DNA of 64,000 bases from Dehalococcoidia bacterium (GCA_963667465.2 CAXXDN010000002.1:1632001-1696000); one strand, 5' to 3'; numbered from the stretch's first letter, positions 9,151 to 20,087 are shown. Notes: generated from the letters alone by a model not told the origin. Program-made: numbers and translations.

Positions 9151-11415
9151 TCAGCCGGCCTTCACGCTGCGGCGGTTCCGGAAGAGGGCCGGTTCCACGT
9201 AGGCGCTGGGCGATGAGAGGGCGTCGTCGATGATCTCCAGGACCGCGGCCAGGGCCGGCTCAGCGAGCATGCTGTCCTGCTTCTCCCGGGTGTCGGCCAG
9301 GGGGACGTAGCCGGACACGGCGGCGCTCTGCTCGTCCACGATCGCGGCCGCCTTCCTGACCGCGTCCTCGATGTCGGCCTGGCTGATCACGCCGTGGAGC
9401 CTCCAGTTGGCCAGGATCGCGCCGTCGATGCGCTCGGTGGCGCGGTCCTTCATCTCCTCGATCTGGTCGAAGTCTGGTACCCCGCTGCAGCCAACGCCTC
9501 GCCGCACCCACGGCTCCACGTACGCCACCATGCTGTGGGCGTAGCGGAGGACGGCGTGCTCCCTGACCCCGGTGGCGTCCAGCTTGCCTTCACTCAAGAT
9601 CGGGAACGCGAGGAGGGAGGCGCGGGACACCGGGGCGGCAGCCGAGTCGAGGATGACCCGCTGAACCTCGTCGACATCCACCATGTGGTAGTGCAGCGAG
9701 TGCAGGTCGCTGGGGTAGGGGGCGGGCACCCAGGCCGTGTTGCCGCCGCTGCGAGGATGGTCGATCTTGCGCTGCAGCATCTCGGCCATGGCGCGGTTCC
9801 TGACCTGCATCCCCTTGCCCACCTTGCCGTGGCGGTGAAGCCCGGCCCGCAGGCTTACGTCGACGTTGTCGAGCTCGTAGCTCGTGTTGAACGTCGCCTG
9901 GTTCAGGTCCTCCCGCAGGTCGACGGGTCCGGCGTACATCTGCGCGCGAAGCTGAGAGCCGGTGCGGTCGAGGAATCCGGTGTTGGTGAAGAAGACCCGG
10001 TTGCGGGCGGCCTGCAACGCCTGGGGGAGCTGCAGGGTCATGCCGAGTTCCTCGTTCATGATCCCGATCAGCATGGTCCCGGCGGGCAGCCCCAGGCCGC
10101 ACTCCACCGCCTCGAAGAACCGCATCTGCCCAGCGACCTCCTCGGCCGTGTGGAGCTTGGGAGTGACCTGGTAGACGAAGCCGCGGCCGCTGTTCGGACC
10201 GCGGACGGGCATGGCGCCCTCGCCGTCTGCACGGGGCTCCCCGTTGGAGCCCCGGTCATGGGCGCTGGCGATGAGGGTGGTCAACAGCACGCCGACGATC
10301 CGCTCCGGTACTTCCTCGCCGCCCAGGGTGACGGCGTCGGTGTACATGTGGATCGAGACGTTCCGCACCGACATCAGGCTGGTCGCCTTGAGCGTCCGCT
10401 CCTCGCCGTTGACGTCGCGGTACGGCTTGTCGGAGTTGAGCTGCTTCAGGTTGCCCCGGGAGCCGTAGCCCGTGAGGCTGCCCCGAATCAGGCCGAGGTA
10501 GTTGCGCAGCCCCTCCACCAGATCGTCGGCGTCGACCACGGACACGGCGTCCTCGAAATCGATGATGTTGGTGAGGGCGGACTCGACAACCAGGTCCCTG
10601 AACTGGCCGTTGACCGGGTCGACCGTTCCTCCCTCGTAGAGCTGGACCTGGATCCGCAGGCCGTTGTCCGCCAGGAGGAAGTCCGCGAGTTCCGCCTCGT
10701 CGTCCAGGTTGAACCCGATGAACTTGTCCGGGTGCTCCAGTCTTACGTCGGCGCCGTCCGAGGTCCGGCCCACCAGTTCGTATGCGCCGTCGTCCTTGCG
10801 GCTCACCGAGTAGGCCTCGATCGAGTCGAAGCCGACGCCGCCCTGCCAGGCGCTGACATGCTCATCGAGGAAGGCGTTGGTCTCCTCCACGACCATCCTG
10901 AGCCGGGCGGGCCGCTGCTCCTCGGCGTCGATCCCGGAGCGAATGTCGCTCAGGAAATACGCGTCGTAGAGGCTGCCCCAGCGAGCGTTGGCCCCGCCGA
11001 CGGCCATGCTGGCGTTGGTGACGGGGGTGACCAGTTCGGGTCCGTTCTGGTCCATCTCGGGATCGAGCTGCGGGGTAGCCACCTCGAAGTCCACCGCCCG
11101 CTCGGCAGCGAGGTAGCCGATCTCCACGAGGAAGCGCTCGAGGTCCCCTGCGTCCCCGGCGGCCGACTGCTCGGCGGGCGCCCAGCCGTTGCGGCGCTTC
11201 TCCCGGTAGTAGTCGTCGATCTGCTGCTGGACAGCGGCCCGCCTGGCCAGGAACTCACGGTTGGGAGGGCCGAACTCCTCGACCAGCTCAGCGAGGACCT
11301 CGAACACTCCAGCGGCGGTCCAGGCGGTGCCTGCGACGGCCTCGTCCCTCACGAAGTTGTAGAGGGAGTCCCGCACTTCCAGGATGTTGCCCGAGGACAG
11401 CCGGACCGTTGCCAC
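9151..11415 (-). CDS. glcB: malate synthase G (divergent)
   Basis: ANARWGSLYDA, DFED, VRNV, NTGFLDRTG, TAWVP, GVGCS.VPD, DRAT. Confidence 0.85.
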   Translation of the reverse strand: MATVRLSSGNILEVRDSLYNFVRDEAVAGTAWTAAGVFEVLAELVEEFGPPNREFLARRAAVQQQIDDYYREKRRNGWAPAEQSAAGDAGDLERFLVEIGYLAAERAVDFEVATPQLDPEMDQNGPELVTPVTNASMAVGGANARWGSLYDAYFLSDIRSGIDAEEQRPARLRMVVEETNAFLDEHVSAWQGGVGFDSIEAYSVSRKDDGAYELVGRTSDGADVRLEHPDKFIGFNLDDEAELADFLLADNGLRIQVQLYEGGTVDPVNGQFRDLVVESALTNIIDFEDAVSVVDADDLVEGLRNYLGLIRGSLTGYGSRGNLKQLNSDKPYRDVNGEERTLKATSLMSVRNVSIHMYTDAVTLGGEEVPERIVGVLLTTLIASAHDRGSNGEPRADGEGAMPVRGPNSGRGFVYQVTPKLHTAEEVAGQMRFFEAVECGLGLPAGTMLIGIMNEELGMTLQLPQALQAARNRVFFTNTGFLDRTGSQLRAQMYAGPVDLREDLNQATFNTSYELDNVDVSLRAGLHRHGKVGKGMQVRNRAMAEMLQRKIDHPRSGGNTAWVPAPYPSDLHSLHYHMVDVDEVQRVILDSAAAPVSRASLLAFPILSEGKLDATGVREHAVLRYAHSMVAYVEPWVRRGVGCSGVPDFDQIEEMKDRATERIDGAILANWRLHGVISQADIEDAVRKAAAIVDEQSAAVSGYVPLADTREKQDSMLAEPALAAVLEIIDDALSSPSAYVEPALFRNRRSVKAG

Positions 11416-11579
11416 GAGTCGTCAACTCCCAGGTGCGCCGCGTTGTCCATCGTGAGGCGGAGCCTCCGGCAGCGAGCGGACCGATCGGGTTCCACGCTGC
11501 CACATCGTAATACTCCCCGGCGTGCGCACTGCGTAATGGTGTCCGGAACACGCGCCGTGGGCTTGTGGCGCCGTCCTCG

Positions 11580-12575
11580 CTAATCGCCGCCGCCGCTCGC
11601 CTCGTCCGCCGTCCAGTGCACGGGCGGCAGGTCGCGCATCGTGTAGTAGCCGGGCGCGGCCGCCCGGGCTGCCCGCACCGCGTTGACCGCGATACCGGCG
11701 GTCGAGCGGTCGCCGTGGAACCCGCCGATCGCGTGAACCTGCACGGGGGGATCGCCGGCGATCTCGACCTCGTCTCGCGAGTCACCGACGCCGGCGGCCA
11801 TCGTCAGCTTCATCGTCACGAGCGGGGCGCCGCCATGCTTCAGCGTGAGCTCTTCGCAGATGCCGGCGACGTCGCCCGGCTGCAGGGCCTCGTGGCCGGT
11901 CTCCGCCCCCGCGATCACCGGCTTGAGCGAGTGTTCGAACTCGAACGGTTCCCAGCCGAAGGCGTGGGCGATCGCCGCCGCCGATTCGCGCAGCCCGATG
12001 TGCCCGAAGCCGCCGGTGGCGACCCGCTCGTTGAACTCGTCGAGGGCCATACCGACGCCCACCTTCTGCTGGAAGGGGAGCCGCCGTTGCGCCGCATCGA
12101 GGACGCGCGTGACAGTGACCGACTCGACGTTGTTCGAGACCGCGGAGAGCACGATGGGCAACGTGTCCATCGCGAAGCCGGGGTTCACCCCGGTCGCGAG
12201 CAGCGTTGCGCCGTGCTCGCGAGCGAGCGCGTCGAGCCGGGCCGCCAGCTCGGGCCGCTCGTAGGCGAAGGAGAGTTCCTCGCAGATCGAAACCACATCG
12301 AGGCCGCGCGTGAGCGCCTGCGTGAGCTGCGGCAGGACGGCGTCGAGGCTGGAGACGGTGGCGTGCAAGACCACGTCCGCCTCCGGCCAGTCCCCCACCG
12401 CGGGGTCCGCGATGGTCACCCCGATCGCTGCCTCGCCGACGACGCTACCGAGGTCCTGCCCGAGCTTCGCCGGATCGCTGTCGAAGGCGGCGACGACCTC
12501 GATGTCGCGCCGGGCGAGCGCGGTCGTTGCGATCAGCGCACCCATCGCGCCGACCCCGTAGTGAATGGTTCGCAT
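11580..12575 (-). CDS. DapB-like / 2,4-diaminopentanoate dehydrogenase-like NAD(P)-dependent oxidoreductase
   Basis: YGVGAMG, VVSICEEL, TGVNPGFAMD, RRLPFQQKVGVG, GDRSTA. Confidence 0.75.
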   Translation of the reverse strand: MRTIHYGVGAMGALIATTALARRDIEVVAAFDSDPAKLGQDLGSVVGEAAIGVTIADPAVGDWPEADVVLHATVSSLDAVLPQLTQALTRGLDVVSICEELSFAYERPELAARLDALAREHGATLLATGVNPGFAMDTLPIVLSAVSNNVESVTVTRVLDAAQRRLPFQQKVGVGMALDEFNERVATGGFGHIGLRESAAAIAHAFGWEPFEFEHSLKPVIAGAETGHEALQPGDVAGICEELTLKHGGAPLVTMKLTMAAGVGDSRDEVEIAGDPPVQVHAIGGFHGDRSTAGIAVNAVRAARAAAPGYYTMRDLPPVHWTADEASGGGD

Positions 12576-12656
12576 CTGCTGCTGCGTCCTCCCTGGAGAG
12601 CGGGCCGGCTGCGAGGCGGCGCCGGGTGAGTGCGCTGCTTGTCGTCCCGGCGGTTG

Positions 12657-13498
12657 CTAGCTACCGGGCGTCCACGAGTAGATTTGCGCGAGGCTGCCCC
12701 CCATGAGGGCCGACCGCTCTGACTCCGTGAGCTGGTCGGTGACGCGGAACGCCTCGACACCCTGCTCGTAGGTCAGCAACTCGACCGCGCGGGTCCAGTC
12801 GGTGCCCCACATGCAACGCTCGAACCCAAACGCCTCAAAGACCTGGCCCAGCGGTTCCCAGATATCGTCGTACGGAAACGGCTCCCGCGACAGCGTGCAT
12901 GCCCCCGACACCTTGATCGCGACATTGTCGAACTCCGCCAGATCGAGGACGGCGGGCAAGTCGGCGAAGGGTCGCTCGGGTGGAGGCGGCTGGAAGGGCT
13001 GGGGTATGCCCAGGTGGTCGATCACGATCCGGGTGTTGGGATGGCGCCGGGCGAGCTCCGCGAGCAGATCGAGCTTCCGCCAGCACAACACGTTGATCGG
13101 AATGTCGTTCGCCGCTCCCGCAGCCAGGATCTGATTGAGCCCGGGGTGATCGGCCGTCGCGTCCGGGTCCAGCCCGGTCAGGATCACACGTGCCCCGACG
13201 ACCCCGGGCGTTGCGGCCCAGCGGGCGACTTCGTCGCCGGCATCGGAGGCTCCCGCGTCGATGGGCTTGATCAGGCCGAAGCGCCCGGGCTGCCGGGCGT
13301 GCACTTCAAGCGCATAGCTCGCGTCGTAGCGGTACATCCTGAACGGGGAGACCAGGAGCGCCCCGTCGACGCCGAGGGCGTCCATCGCCGAGACCATGTC
13401 GTCACCGGTCACTGCGGAGGGGCCGGCGAGCGTGCCGGCCAGGGTCGCTCGGGACGGTCGCGTTCGTAAGCGTGAACCTGGCAGTCGATCGTGAGCAC
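12657..13498 (-). pseudogene. amidohydrolase_2 family protein with a 1-bp frameshift near 13440
   Basis: GTG at 13498 reads MLTIDCQVHAYERDRPERPW. Adding one G at TGG(G)CC joins it to AGTLAGP...IDHLG...WGTDW. May be a sequencing error. Confidence 0.75.
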
Positions 13499-13600
13499 TG
13501 CAGGAGTCCTTTGCGCGCCTGCCACGGCGCCGCCACTGATACTCATTCGGGCGGCACGTTATCACGGCGTCCGCTGGCCGTTACCACCAGCGCCCGCGAA

Positions 13601-15238
13601 TCAGCGGGTGCGGAGGGCCTCCCCTGCCGTGAGCACGAACCCCTCGTAGCCGGCCTCGGCGATCTCGTCGCACTTCGCGCGGTAGATCCCCACGCCGCCG
13701 GCGTACGGCATGAACACGCGCGGCTTGCCGGGGATGTTGGCGCCCAGATACCACGAGTCCGCAAGCGGGTAGAGCGTCTTGCTCGCCACGTCGCTGACGT
13801 GCTCGATCCAGTCCGCCTCGGCGGCGGCGTCCGCCTCGGCGATCTCGATGCCGGACTCGACCATGTGCTCGACGAGTCCCGAGATCCATTCGACGTGCTG
13901 CTCGATCGAGACCGGCATGTTGCTCAGCACGGACGGGCTGCCGGGACCGGTGATCATGAACATGTTGGGGAACCCCGCCGAGGCCAGCCCGAGGTAGGTC
14001 TCCGGCCCTTCCGCCCACTTGTCGCGGAGCGCGACGTCGGCCCGGCCGCGGATGTCGATGCGGTTGAAGGGCCCGGTCATTGCGTCGAAGCCCGTTGCGA
14101 GGACGATGATGTCGAGGTCCCAGTCGCCATCGCGGGTGCGGATGCCCGTCGCGGTGATCGTCTCGATCGGGTCGTGGCGGATGTCGACCAGTTCGACGTT
14201 GTCGCGGTTGTAGGTCTCGTAGTAGTCGGTGTCGATCAGCGTACGCTTCGCCGCGAAGGGGTAGTCGCGCGGGACCAGCTTCTCGGCGGTATCGGAGTCG
14301 CGCACGATTTCACGGATCTTCGAACGGATGAACTCCGAGGCGGTGTCGTTGGCCTGCCGGTCGAGCAGGATGTCGTTGAACGTCACGCTCAGGAAGCGGA
14401 ACCCGCCCTGCTCCCACGCGTCCTCGTAGACCGCGCGCCGCTCCTCGTCGTCGACCTCGAGCGCCGAGCGGTCGGCCGGAGGGTAGGGATAGCCGCTCCT
14501 CGACCAGCGCGTCTTCTCGAAGATCTCGTCGTACTGGCTCTTGATGCCGTCGAGGAACTCGGGCGTAACCGTGCCGTGGCGGGCCGGGATCGTGTACTGC
14601 GGCGTGCGCTGGAAGACGGTCACCTGCCGTGCCTGGTTCGCGATCACCGGGATCGACTGCACGCCGCTCGAACCCGTGCCGATCACGCCGACGCGCTTGC
14701 CTGCGAGGTCGACGCCCTCGTGGGGCCACGCGCCGGTGTGGTACCAGTCGCCCGCGAAGCTATCGAGTCCCTCGATGTCGGGAACCTGCGCCGTTGAGAG
14801 GCAGCCGATTGCGGTGATGAAGTAGCGGGCGAGTACGCGGTCGCCCTGGTCGGTCTCGATCTCCCAGCGGCTCAGGTCCTCGCGAAAGTGCGCGGCGGTG
14901 ACGCGCGTCCCGAACTGGATGTCGGGGCGCAGCTCAAACCGGTCGGCGACATGGTTGAGGTAGCGCAGGATCTCCGGCTGCTCCGGGTACTTCCCGCTCC
15001 AGTTCCACTCCTGGGAGAGCTCCTTGTCGAACGAGAAGCAGTAGACGTACGACTCGGAGTCGCAGCGCGCGCCGGGATAGCGGTTCCAGTACCAGGTGCC
15101 GCCGACATCGTCCGCCGCCTCGAAGACGCGCGCCGACAGGCCGAGCAGGTCACGCAGCCTGTGGAGCATGTACATGCCGGAGAATCCGGCGCCGACCACG
15201 ACGGCGTCGAGTTCCGCGCGGCTGGTTTCGGTCGTCAT
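13601..15238 (-). CDS. type I Baeyer-Villiger monooxygenase (cyclohexanone/phenylacetone monooxygenase-like)
   Basis: GAGFSG, GGTWYWNRYPGARCD, BVMO fingerprint FAGDWYHTGAWP, GTGSSG, ATGFD. Confidence 0.93.
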   Translation of the reverse strand: MTTETSRAELDAVVVGAGFSGMYMLHRLRDLLGLSARVFEAADDVGGTWYWNRYPGARCDSESYVYCFSFDKELSQEWNWSGKYPEQPEILRYLNHVADRFELRPDIQFGTRVTAAHFREDLSRWEIETDQGDRVLARYFITAIGCLSTAQVPDIEGLDSFAGDWYHTGAWPHEGVDLAGKRVGVIGTGSSGVQSIPVIANQARQVTVFQRTPQYTIPARHGTVTPEFLDGIKSQYDEIFEKTRWSRSGYPYPPADRSALEVDDEERRAVYEDAWEQGGFRFLSVTFNDILLDRQANDTASEFIRSKIREIVRDSDTAEKLVPRDYPFAAKRTLIDTDYYETYNRDNVELVDIRHDPIETITATGIRTRDGDWDLDIIVLATGFDAMTGPFNRIDIRGRADVALRDKWAEGPETYLGLASAGFPNMFMITGPGSPSVLSNMPVSIEQHVEWISGLVEHMVESGIEIAEADAAAEADWIEHVSDVASKTLYPLADSWYLGANIPGKPRVFMPYAGGVGIYRAKCDEIAEAGYEGFVLTAGEALRTR

Positions 15239-15484
15239 GCCCTCCCCCTCGTCGAGCAGTTCCCCTCGGAGCCGAGGTGCGCGCCCGTCCTGCGCATCGT
15301 GCGGCGCGCGCAGCCTACGGTACCGCGTTGGCGCCTTCCTCCGCGCGCTCGGCGCTGCGATCAGGCCATGGCGGGCGCGGGCGCGGTACAGTCCCGAGGC
15401 AGAGCCGGGCGCAGCGCGGGATCGTGCTGCCGCGCCGACCTAGCATGTGCGCGAGATGCCGCGGGCCGGCAGCGAGGCTGGTAG

Positions 15485-16381
15485 ATGGACATCTTCGGCG
15501 TTGACCAGAGGATCGTGCTCACGGCGTTCTACTCTGGCCTCGGGGTCGGGAGCGTCTACGTCCTGGTCGCGCTCGGGTACAACCTCGTCTATCGCGCGAC
15601 GCGCGTCTTCAATCTCGCCCAGGGCGACATCGTCAGCTGGGGCGGGCTGATCGCGTTCAGCCTGCTCGTGACGCACGGGTTCTCCCCGCTTGCGGCGCTG
15701 CCCGTGATCATCGGTGCGACGGCCGTCCTCGGATTCGGCGTGGAGCGCATCGCGATCGCGCCGCTCACGAAGGCGTTGAGCTTCGGCTGGGTGCTCACCA
15801 CGCTCGGCATGTCGGTGGTCCTGCGCAACGTCGCCGAGCTGCAGTGGGGCCCGGACCCGCTGCGCGTCCCGGCGTTCGTCGACAGGGCGCCCATCAGCCT
15901 CCTGGGCTCGCCGTTCCGCGTCGACTTCATGGTGACGATCATCGGCGCGGCGGCGCTGGTCGCGCTACTCGAGCTTGCCGATCGCAAGACGATCATTGGC
16001 AAGGCCATGGTGGCGACCGCGCTCAACCGCGAGCTGGCGCAGCTCCGGGGAATCAACGTCGGGCTGCTCGGTATCGGCTCCTTCGTCGTCGCTGGGGCGC
16101 TCGGGGGCATCGCCGGCTGGCTGATCGCGCCGATCACGTTCGCCTCGTTCAACTCCGGAGTGCTGATCGCGCTCAAGGGGTTCCTGGCGATCGCCATCGG
16201 CGGTTGGGGCCGGCACGTCGGCGCCCTGGCCGGCGGCCTGCTGATCGGCGTGGCCGAGGCGCTGGCGATCCTCTGGATCGATGTCGACTTCCGCAATCTC
16301 GTCCCGCTGCCGCTGCTGGCGGCGATCCTGCTGATCCGCCCGCAGGGGCTGTTCGGGCGACAGGTCGAGCGCCATGTCTAG
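15485..16381 (+). CDS. branched-chain amino acid-type ABC permease (LivH-like)
   Basis: ALGYNLVY...VFNLAQG, multiple TM helices, RPQGLFG. Confidence 0.88.
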   Translation: MDIFGVDQRIVLTAFYSGLGVGSVYVLVALGYNLVYRATRVFNLAQGDIVSWGGLIAFSLLVTHGFSPLAALPVIIGATAVLGFGVERIAIAPLTKALSFGWVLTTLGMSVVLRNVAELQWGPDPLRVPAFVDRAPISLLGSPFRVDFMVTIIGAAALVALLELADRKTIIGKAMVATALNRELAQLRGINVGLLGIGSFVVAGALGGIAGWLIAPITFASFNSGVLIALKGFLAIAIGGWGRHVGALAGGLLIGVAEALAILWIDVDFRNLVPLPLLAAILLIRPQGLFGRQVERHV

Positions 16382-18311
16382 CGCGAGCATGAAGAGGAGC
16401 GATGCGGGCGCCCTGCGCACCCTCGCCAGGCGGGTCGCGTACTCGCCGGGCACGGGCACAGTGCTGCTGCTCGCGGTCCTCGCGGTCTTTGCGCTGTGGC
16501 CGCTCGTTGTCGATGACCAGCTACTGCTACGGCGTCTCTATGTGATCGGGCTGTTCGCGCTGATCGCGATGGGCCTGAACGTCTCGCTGGGGCGTGCGGG
16601 CGAGCTCTTCCTCGGCGTCGCGGGCCTGTTTGCGGCGGCGGCCTACATCTCCGGCGCCCTCACCACGCACGAGGACTTCGGGTTGTCGCCGCTCCAGGCG
16701 GCGCCGATCACGATCGTCGCCACCGTGGTGCTCGGCGTGGCAATGGGCCTCGTGGGCTTGCGGGTCAGCGCCTGGTACTTCGCCATCGTCACGTTCTACT
16801 TCGCGGTCGTGATCCCGGACATCGCGACGAGCCTGGACGTGCTCGAGGAGTACACGGGCGGCGGCCTCGGCCTCTTCGGCGTGCCGCGGATCGAGGCGCT
16901 CGGGCAAGTATTCGGCCGGCGCGAGACCTACTGGCTGATCGTTGCGAGCATCGCCGGCGTCTACCTGCTCACGCGGAACCTCTTCTCGTCGCCCTGGGGG
17001 CTCGCCCTCGCGACGATGCGCCACAGCGACGTGGCCGTGCAGGCGCTTGGCGCCTCAACGGTCCGGGCGAAGATGCTGGCCTACGTGTTCTCCTCCGTGC
17101 CGGCGGCGCTGGCGGGGATCATCTGGGTGCACACGGAGACGGGCATCGCGCAGGGGAATTTCCCCGCGGACCTCTCGTTCCTCATTGCCGCCAGCATCAT
17201 GTTCGGCGGGATGGGGACGCTCGCGGGTCCAATCGTCGGCACAGGCATCCTGCAGTATGTCCCGCAGTTCTTCGACGCCTTCGAGCGCTACGAGCTGATC
17301 ATCTACGGCAGCTTCCTGATCGTGGGGATGGTGCTGATCCCGCGCGGGGTCGTGCATGAGACGATGAAGTGGGTCGGCCTGCTGCGCCTCCGCCTCGTCC
17401 CGCTCGCACCCGGCGCTCCAGCGCCCGCGTCCGCGCAGGCAAAGCCCGGCGCCGCGAGCGGCGAGGCCAGCGGTGCGCTGCTGACGGAGGACGTCGCCGC
17501 GCGGCTCCGCGTCTCGCCGGATCGCGCCGGGCTGTCCGCGACCGGGGTCTCCAAGTCGTTCGGTGGTGTCGCCGCCCTGCGCGATCTCGACTTCGAAGCT
17601 GCGCCCGCCCGGATCTCGGCGCTGATCGGGCCGAACGGATCCGGCAAGACCACCTTCCTCAACCTCGTGCTCGGGTACTACACCATCGATGGCGGCGCGA
17701 TCCGGGTCGACAAGGGCGACATCGGCGGCCTCGCGCCTCACGGTCGCGTACGGGCTGGCATCGCCCGGACGTTCCAGGCGCCGAACGTCGTGCCGGAGCT
17801 CACGGCGCTTGAGAACGTGCTCGCGGGGATGTTCATGGACCGGCGCGCCACGCTCGTGGAGTACCTGCTCCAGCTGCCGCGCGCGCGTGCGGCGGGGCGG
17901 GCGTCGCGAGCACAGGCGCGCGCGCTCCTCGCGGCGGTCGGCCTCGAGGGCGTCGCCGACATTCCTGCCGCGGCGCTCCCGTCCGGCCAGCAGCGACTGC
18001 TCGACGTTGCCCGGGCGCTCGCAACCGGCCCGCGCGTGCTCCTGCTGGACGAGCCGGCGTCCGGCCTCTCCGGCGCCGAGACGGAGGCGCTCGGCCGGCT
18101 GTTGCTGCAGCTCCGGGAGCTGGGGCTGGCGATCGTGCTCGTTGAGCACAACGTGCCGTTTGTCATGTCCGTAGCGGACAGCGTGACCGTTCTCGATCGC
18201 GGCGAGCGGATCGCGCTGGGCCCGCCGGCCGAGGTGCAGCGCGACCCGGCCGTGATCGCCTCCTACCTGGGCGAGCAGTTCGAGGTGGACACGGGAGAGC
18301 CCGATGCTTGA
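16374..18311 (+). CDS. fused LivM-like permease and LivG-like ATPase
   Basis: TM N-half (GGMGTLAGP); C-half GPNGSGKTT, LLLDEP, VEHN, VIASYLG. Confidence 0.88.
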   Translation: MSSASMKRSDAGALRTLARRVAYSPGTGTVLLLAVLAVFALWPLVVDDQLLLRRLYVIGLFALIAMGLNVSLGRAGELFLGVAGLFAAAAYISGALTTHEDFGLSPLQAAPITIVATVVLGVAMGLVGLRVSAWYFAIVTFYFAVVIPDIATSLDVLEEYTGGGLGLFGVPRIEALGQVFGRRETYWLIVASIAGVYLLTRNLFSSPWGLALATMRHSDVAVQALGASTVRAKMLAYVFSSVPAALAGIIWVHTETGIAQGNFPADLSFLIAASIMFGGMGTLAGPIVGTGILQYVPQFFDAFERYELIIYGSFLIVGMVLIPRGVVHETMKWVGLLRLRLVPLAPGAPAPASAQAKPGAASGEASGALLTEDVAARLRVSPDRAGLSATGVSKSFGGVAALRDLDFEAAPARISALIGPNGSGKTTFLNLVLGYYTIDGGAIRVDKGDIGGLAPHGRVRAGIARTFQAPNVVPELTALENVLAGMFMDRRATLVEYLLQLPRARAAGRASRAQARALLAAVGLEGVADIPAAALPSGQQRLLDVARALATGPRVLLLDEPASGLSGAETEALGRLLLQLRELGLAIVLVEHNVPFVMSVADSVTVLDRGERIALGPPAEVQRDPAVIASYLGEQFEVDTGEPDA

Positions 18312-19014
18312 GATCCGCGACTTGCGAGTCGCCTACGGCGGCCTCCCGGTGCTGCACGATCTGTCGCTCGAGGTCGGCGCGGGCGAGTTCGTCGCGCTGC
18401 TCGGACGCAACGGCGCCGGGAAGACGACGACGATGCGTGCGATCGCCGGGCTGGTCCCCTTCCGCGGCTCGATCACGTTCGAGGGCCAGGGGCTCGGCGG
18501 GGTGCCCGCTCACAAGATCGTCCGCCTCGGCGTCGCGTTCGCGCAGGAGGGCAAGCAGCTCTTCACGGAGCTGTCCGTGCAGGACAACCTCACGCTCGGC
18601 GCGTTCGCGCAGCGCGGGAAGCGGCAGCAGGTGCGCGCCGACCTCGAGCGCGTCTTCGGCCTCTTCCCGGTGCTGGAGCGGAAGCTTCGTGATCCTGCGG
18701 AGACCCTCTCGGGCGGAGAGCAGCAGATGCTGGTGCTGGCGCAGGCGATGATGGCGCACCCGCGGCTGCTGATGGTCGACGAGCCCTCGCAAGGCCTCGC
18801 GCCCGCGCTGGTGAACGAGGTCCTGGGCGCGCTCACAGTCCTCCGTGACGAGGGAACGGCGATCCTGCTCGCGGAGCAGGTCGTGGACAAGACGCTGCCG
18901 ATCTGCGACCGGCTCTACGTCCTCGATCTCGGGCGGGTCGTGCTGGAGGGCAGCCCCGCGGAGGTCGCGGAGCACCGCGCCCTGCGCGAGGTCTACATCG
19001 GCCGCGAGGCCTGA
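18304..19014 (+). CDS. LivF-like ABC ATPase
   Basis: GRNGAGKTT, LSGGEQQM, DEPSQGLAP. Confidence 0.9.
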   Translation: MLEIRDLRVAYGGLPVLHDLSLEVGAGEFVALLGRNGAGKTTTMRAIAGLVPFRGSITFEGQGLGGVPAHKIVRLGVAFAQEGKQLFTELSVQDNLTLGAFAQRGKRQQVRADLERVFGLFPVLERKLRDPAETLSGGEQQMLVLAQAMMAHPRLLMVDEPSQGLAPALVNEVLGALTVLRDEGTAILLAEQVVDKTLPICDRLYVLDLGRVVLEGSPAEVAEHRALREVYIGREA

Positions 19015-19016
19015 GC

Positions 19017-20087
19017 TCAGGCCGAGGGCTCGACCATCGCGAGGATGCGCGCCGGATTGCGCACGAGGATCGCCTCGATCTCGTCCTCGCTCACGCCCTT
19101 GCGGCGCATCAGCGGCAAGACGTTCTCCAGGATGTGCGCGTAGCCGTCGCCGCCGTAGCGCACGAGGCTGGTCCTGCGGCAGATGTCCTGCGAGACGAGC
19201 AACTGGCCGGTCAACCCCTCGGCGATCAGGCGCTGAAGGTGGTTGATGCGCATGACGTCGTTGGGCAGCTCGAGCGGCGCCAGGTCGTACACCTCCAGCC
19301 CGAACAGGTCGAACTCGAGGTAACAGCCGCTCGCCGCGAGGGCGATCGACTGCTCGGGGTCGAAGAAGGTGCGGTCCAGGTGGCAGATGATCGTGCGCTC
19401 CGGGTCGCCTCCGGCCTCGATCACCGTGTCGACGATGTCCTGTGGCGCCCGTGGATCACGGCCCGGATGCACCTGCAACGCGACGCCTGTGCGACGGGAC
19501 GCGTGCGCCGCGGCCCGCAGCGCCTTCCGCTCGTTCGGGTGCATCGGGTAGTCGCAGGCGACCTCGCCGATGATGCCCGCGCGGCTCTCGGTCCCGTCGC
19601 AGCCTTCGGTCACCTCGCGCACGATCTCGTCACTGAGTTGCTCTTCGCTGCGGCTGTCCATGTCGGGCGGGTGGTGGCGCCACCAGTAGTTCCCGGAGCC
19701 CATGACCACGTGCACGCCCGTGGCCTCCGAGATGCGGCGCAGCGCCGAGGCGTCGCGCGTCATGTCGGCGTTCGTCGAGTCGACAATCGTCCCGCCGCCG
19801 GCGGCGGCGTAGCGGGCCGTCTCCTCGATTGCGAGGTCGACGTCGTCGAGGAGGAAGTTGTCGGGGTGACCGCGGCGGCGGACGAAGGCGCTGGTCTCCC
19901 AGCTGATCGGGGCCGTGGCGCGCGGGTCGTCGCGATCCCAGCCGAACGCCTCGAACCAGTCGAACTCCTCGCCCTGCTCGATCAGCCAGCGGCCGAAGGT
20001 GATGAGCAGGTGCTCGTGCATCATCGTCGGGCCGAGCGCGCCCGGCTCGACATCGCCGAGGACCGTGCGCACCTTGCCGACGCTCAC
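19017..20087 (-). CDS. phosphotriesterase-related protein (PHP/PTER-like)
   Basis: VRTVLG, MHEHL, IIGEV, VHPGR, CHLDR, VSQD, NPARIL. GTG start at 20087. Confidence 0.85.
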   Translation of the reverse strand: MSVGKVRTVLGDVEPGALGPTMMHEHLLITFGRWLIEQGEEFDWFEAFGWDRDDPRATAPISWETSAFVRRRGHPDNFLLDDVDLAIEETARYAAAGGGTIVDSTNADMTRDASALRRISEATGVHVVMGSGNYWWRHHPPDMDSRSEEQLSDEIVREVTEGCDGTESRAGIIGEVACDYPMHPNERKALRAAAHASRRTGVALQVHPGRDPRAPQDIVDTVIEAGGDPERTIICHLDRTFFDPEQSIALAASGCYLEFDLFGLEVYDLAPLELPNDVMRINHLQRLIAEGLTGQLLVSQDICRRTSLVRYGGDGYAHILENVLPLMRRKGVSEDEIEAILVRNPARILAMVEPSA

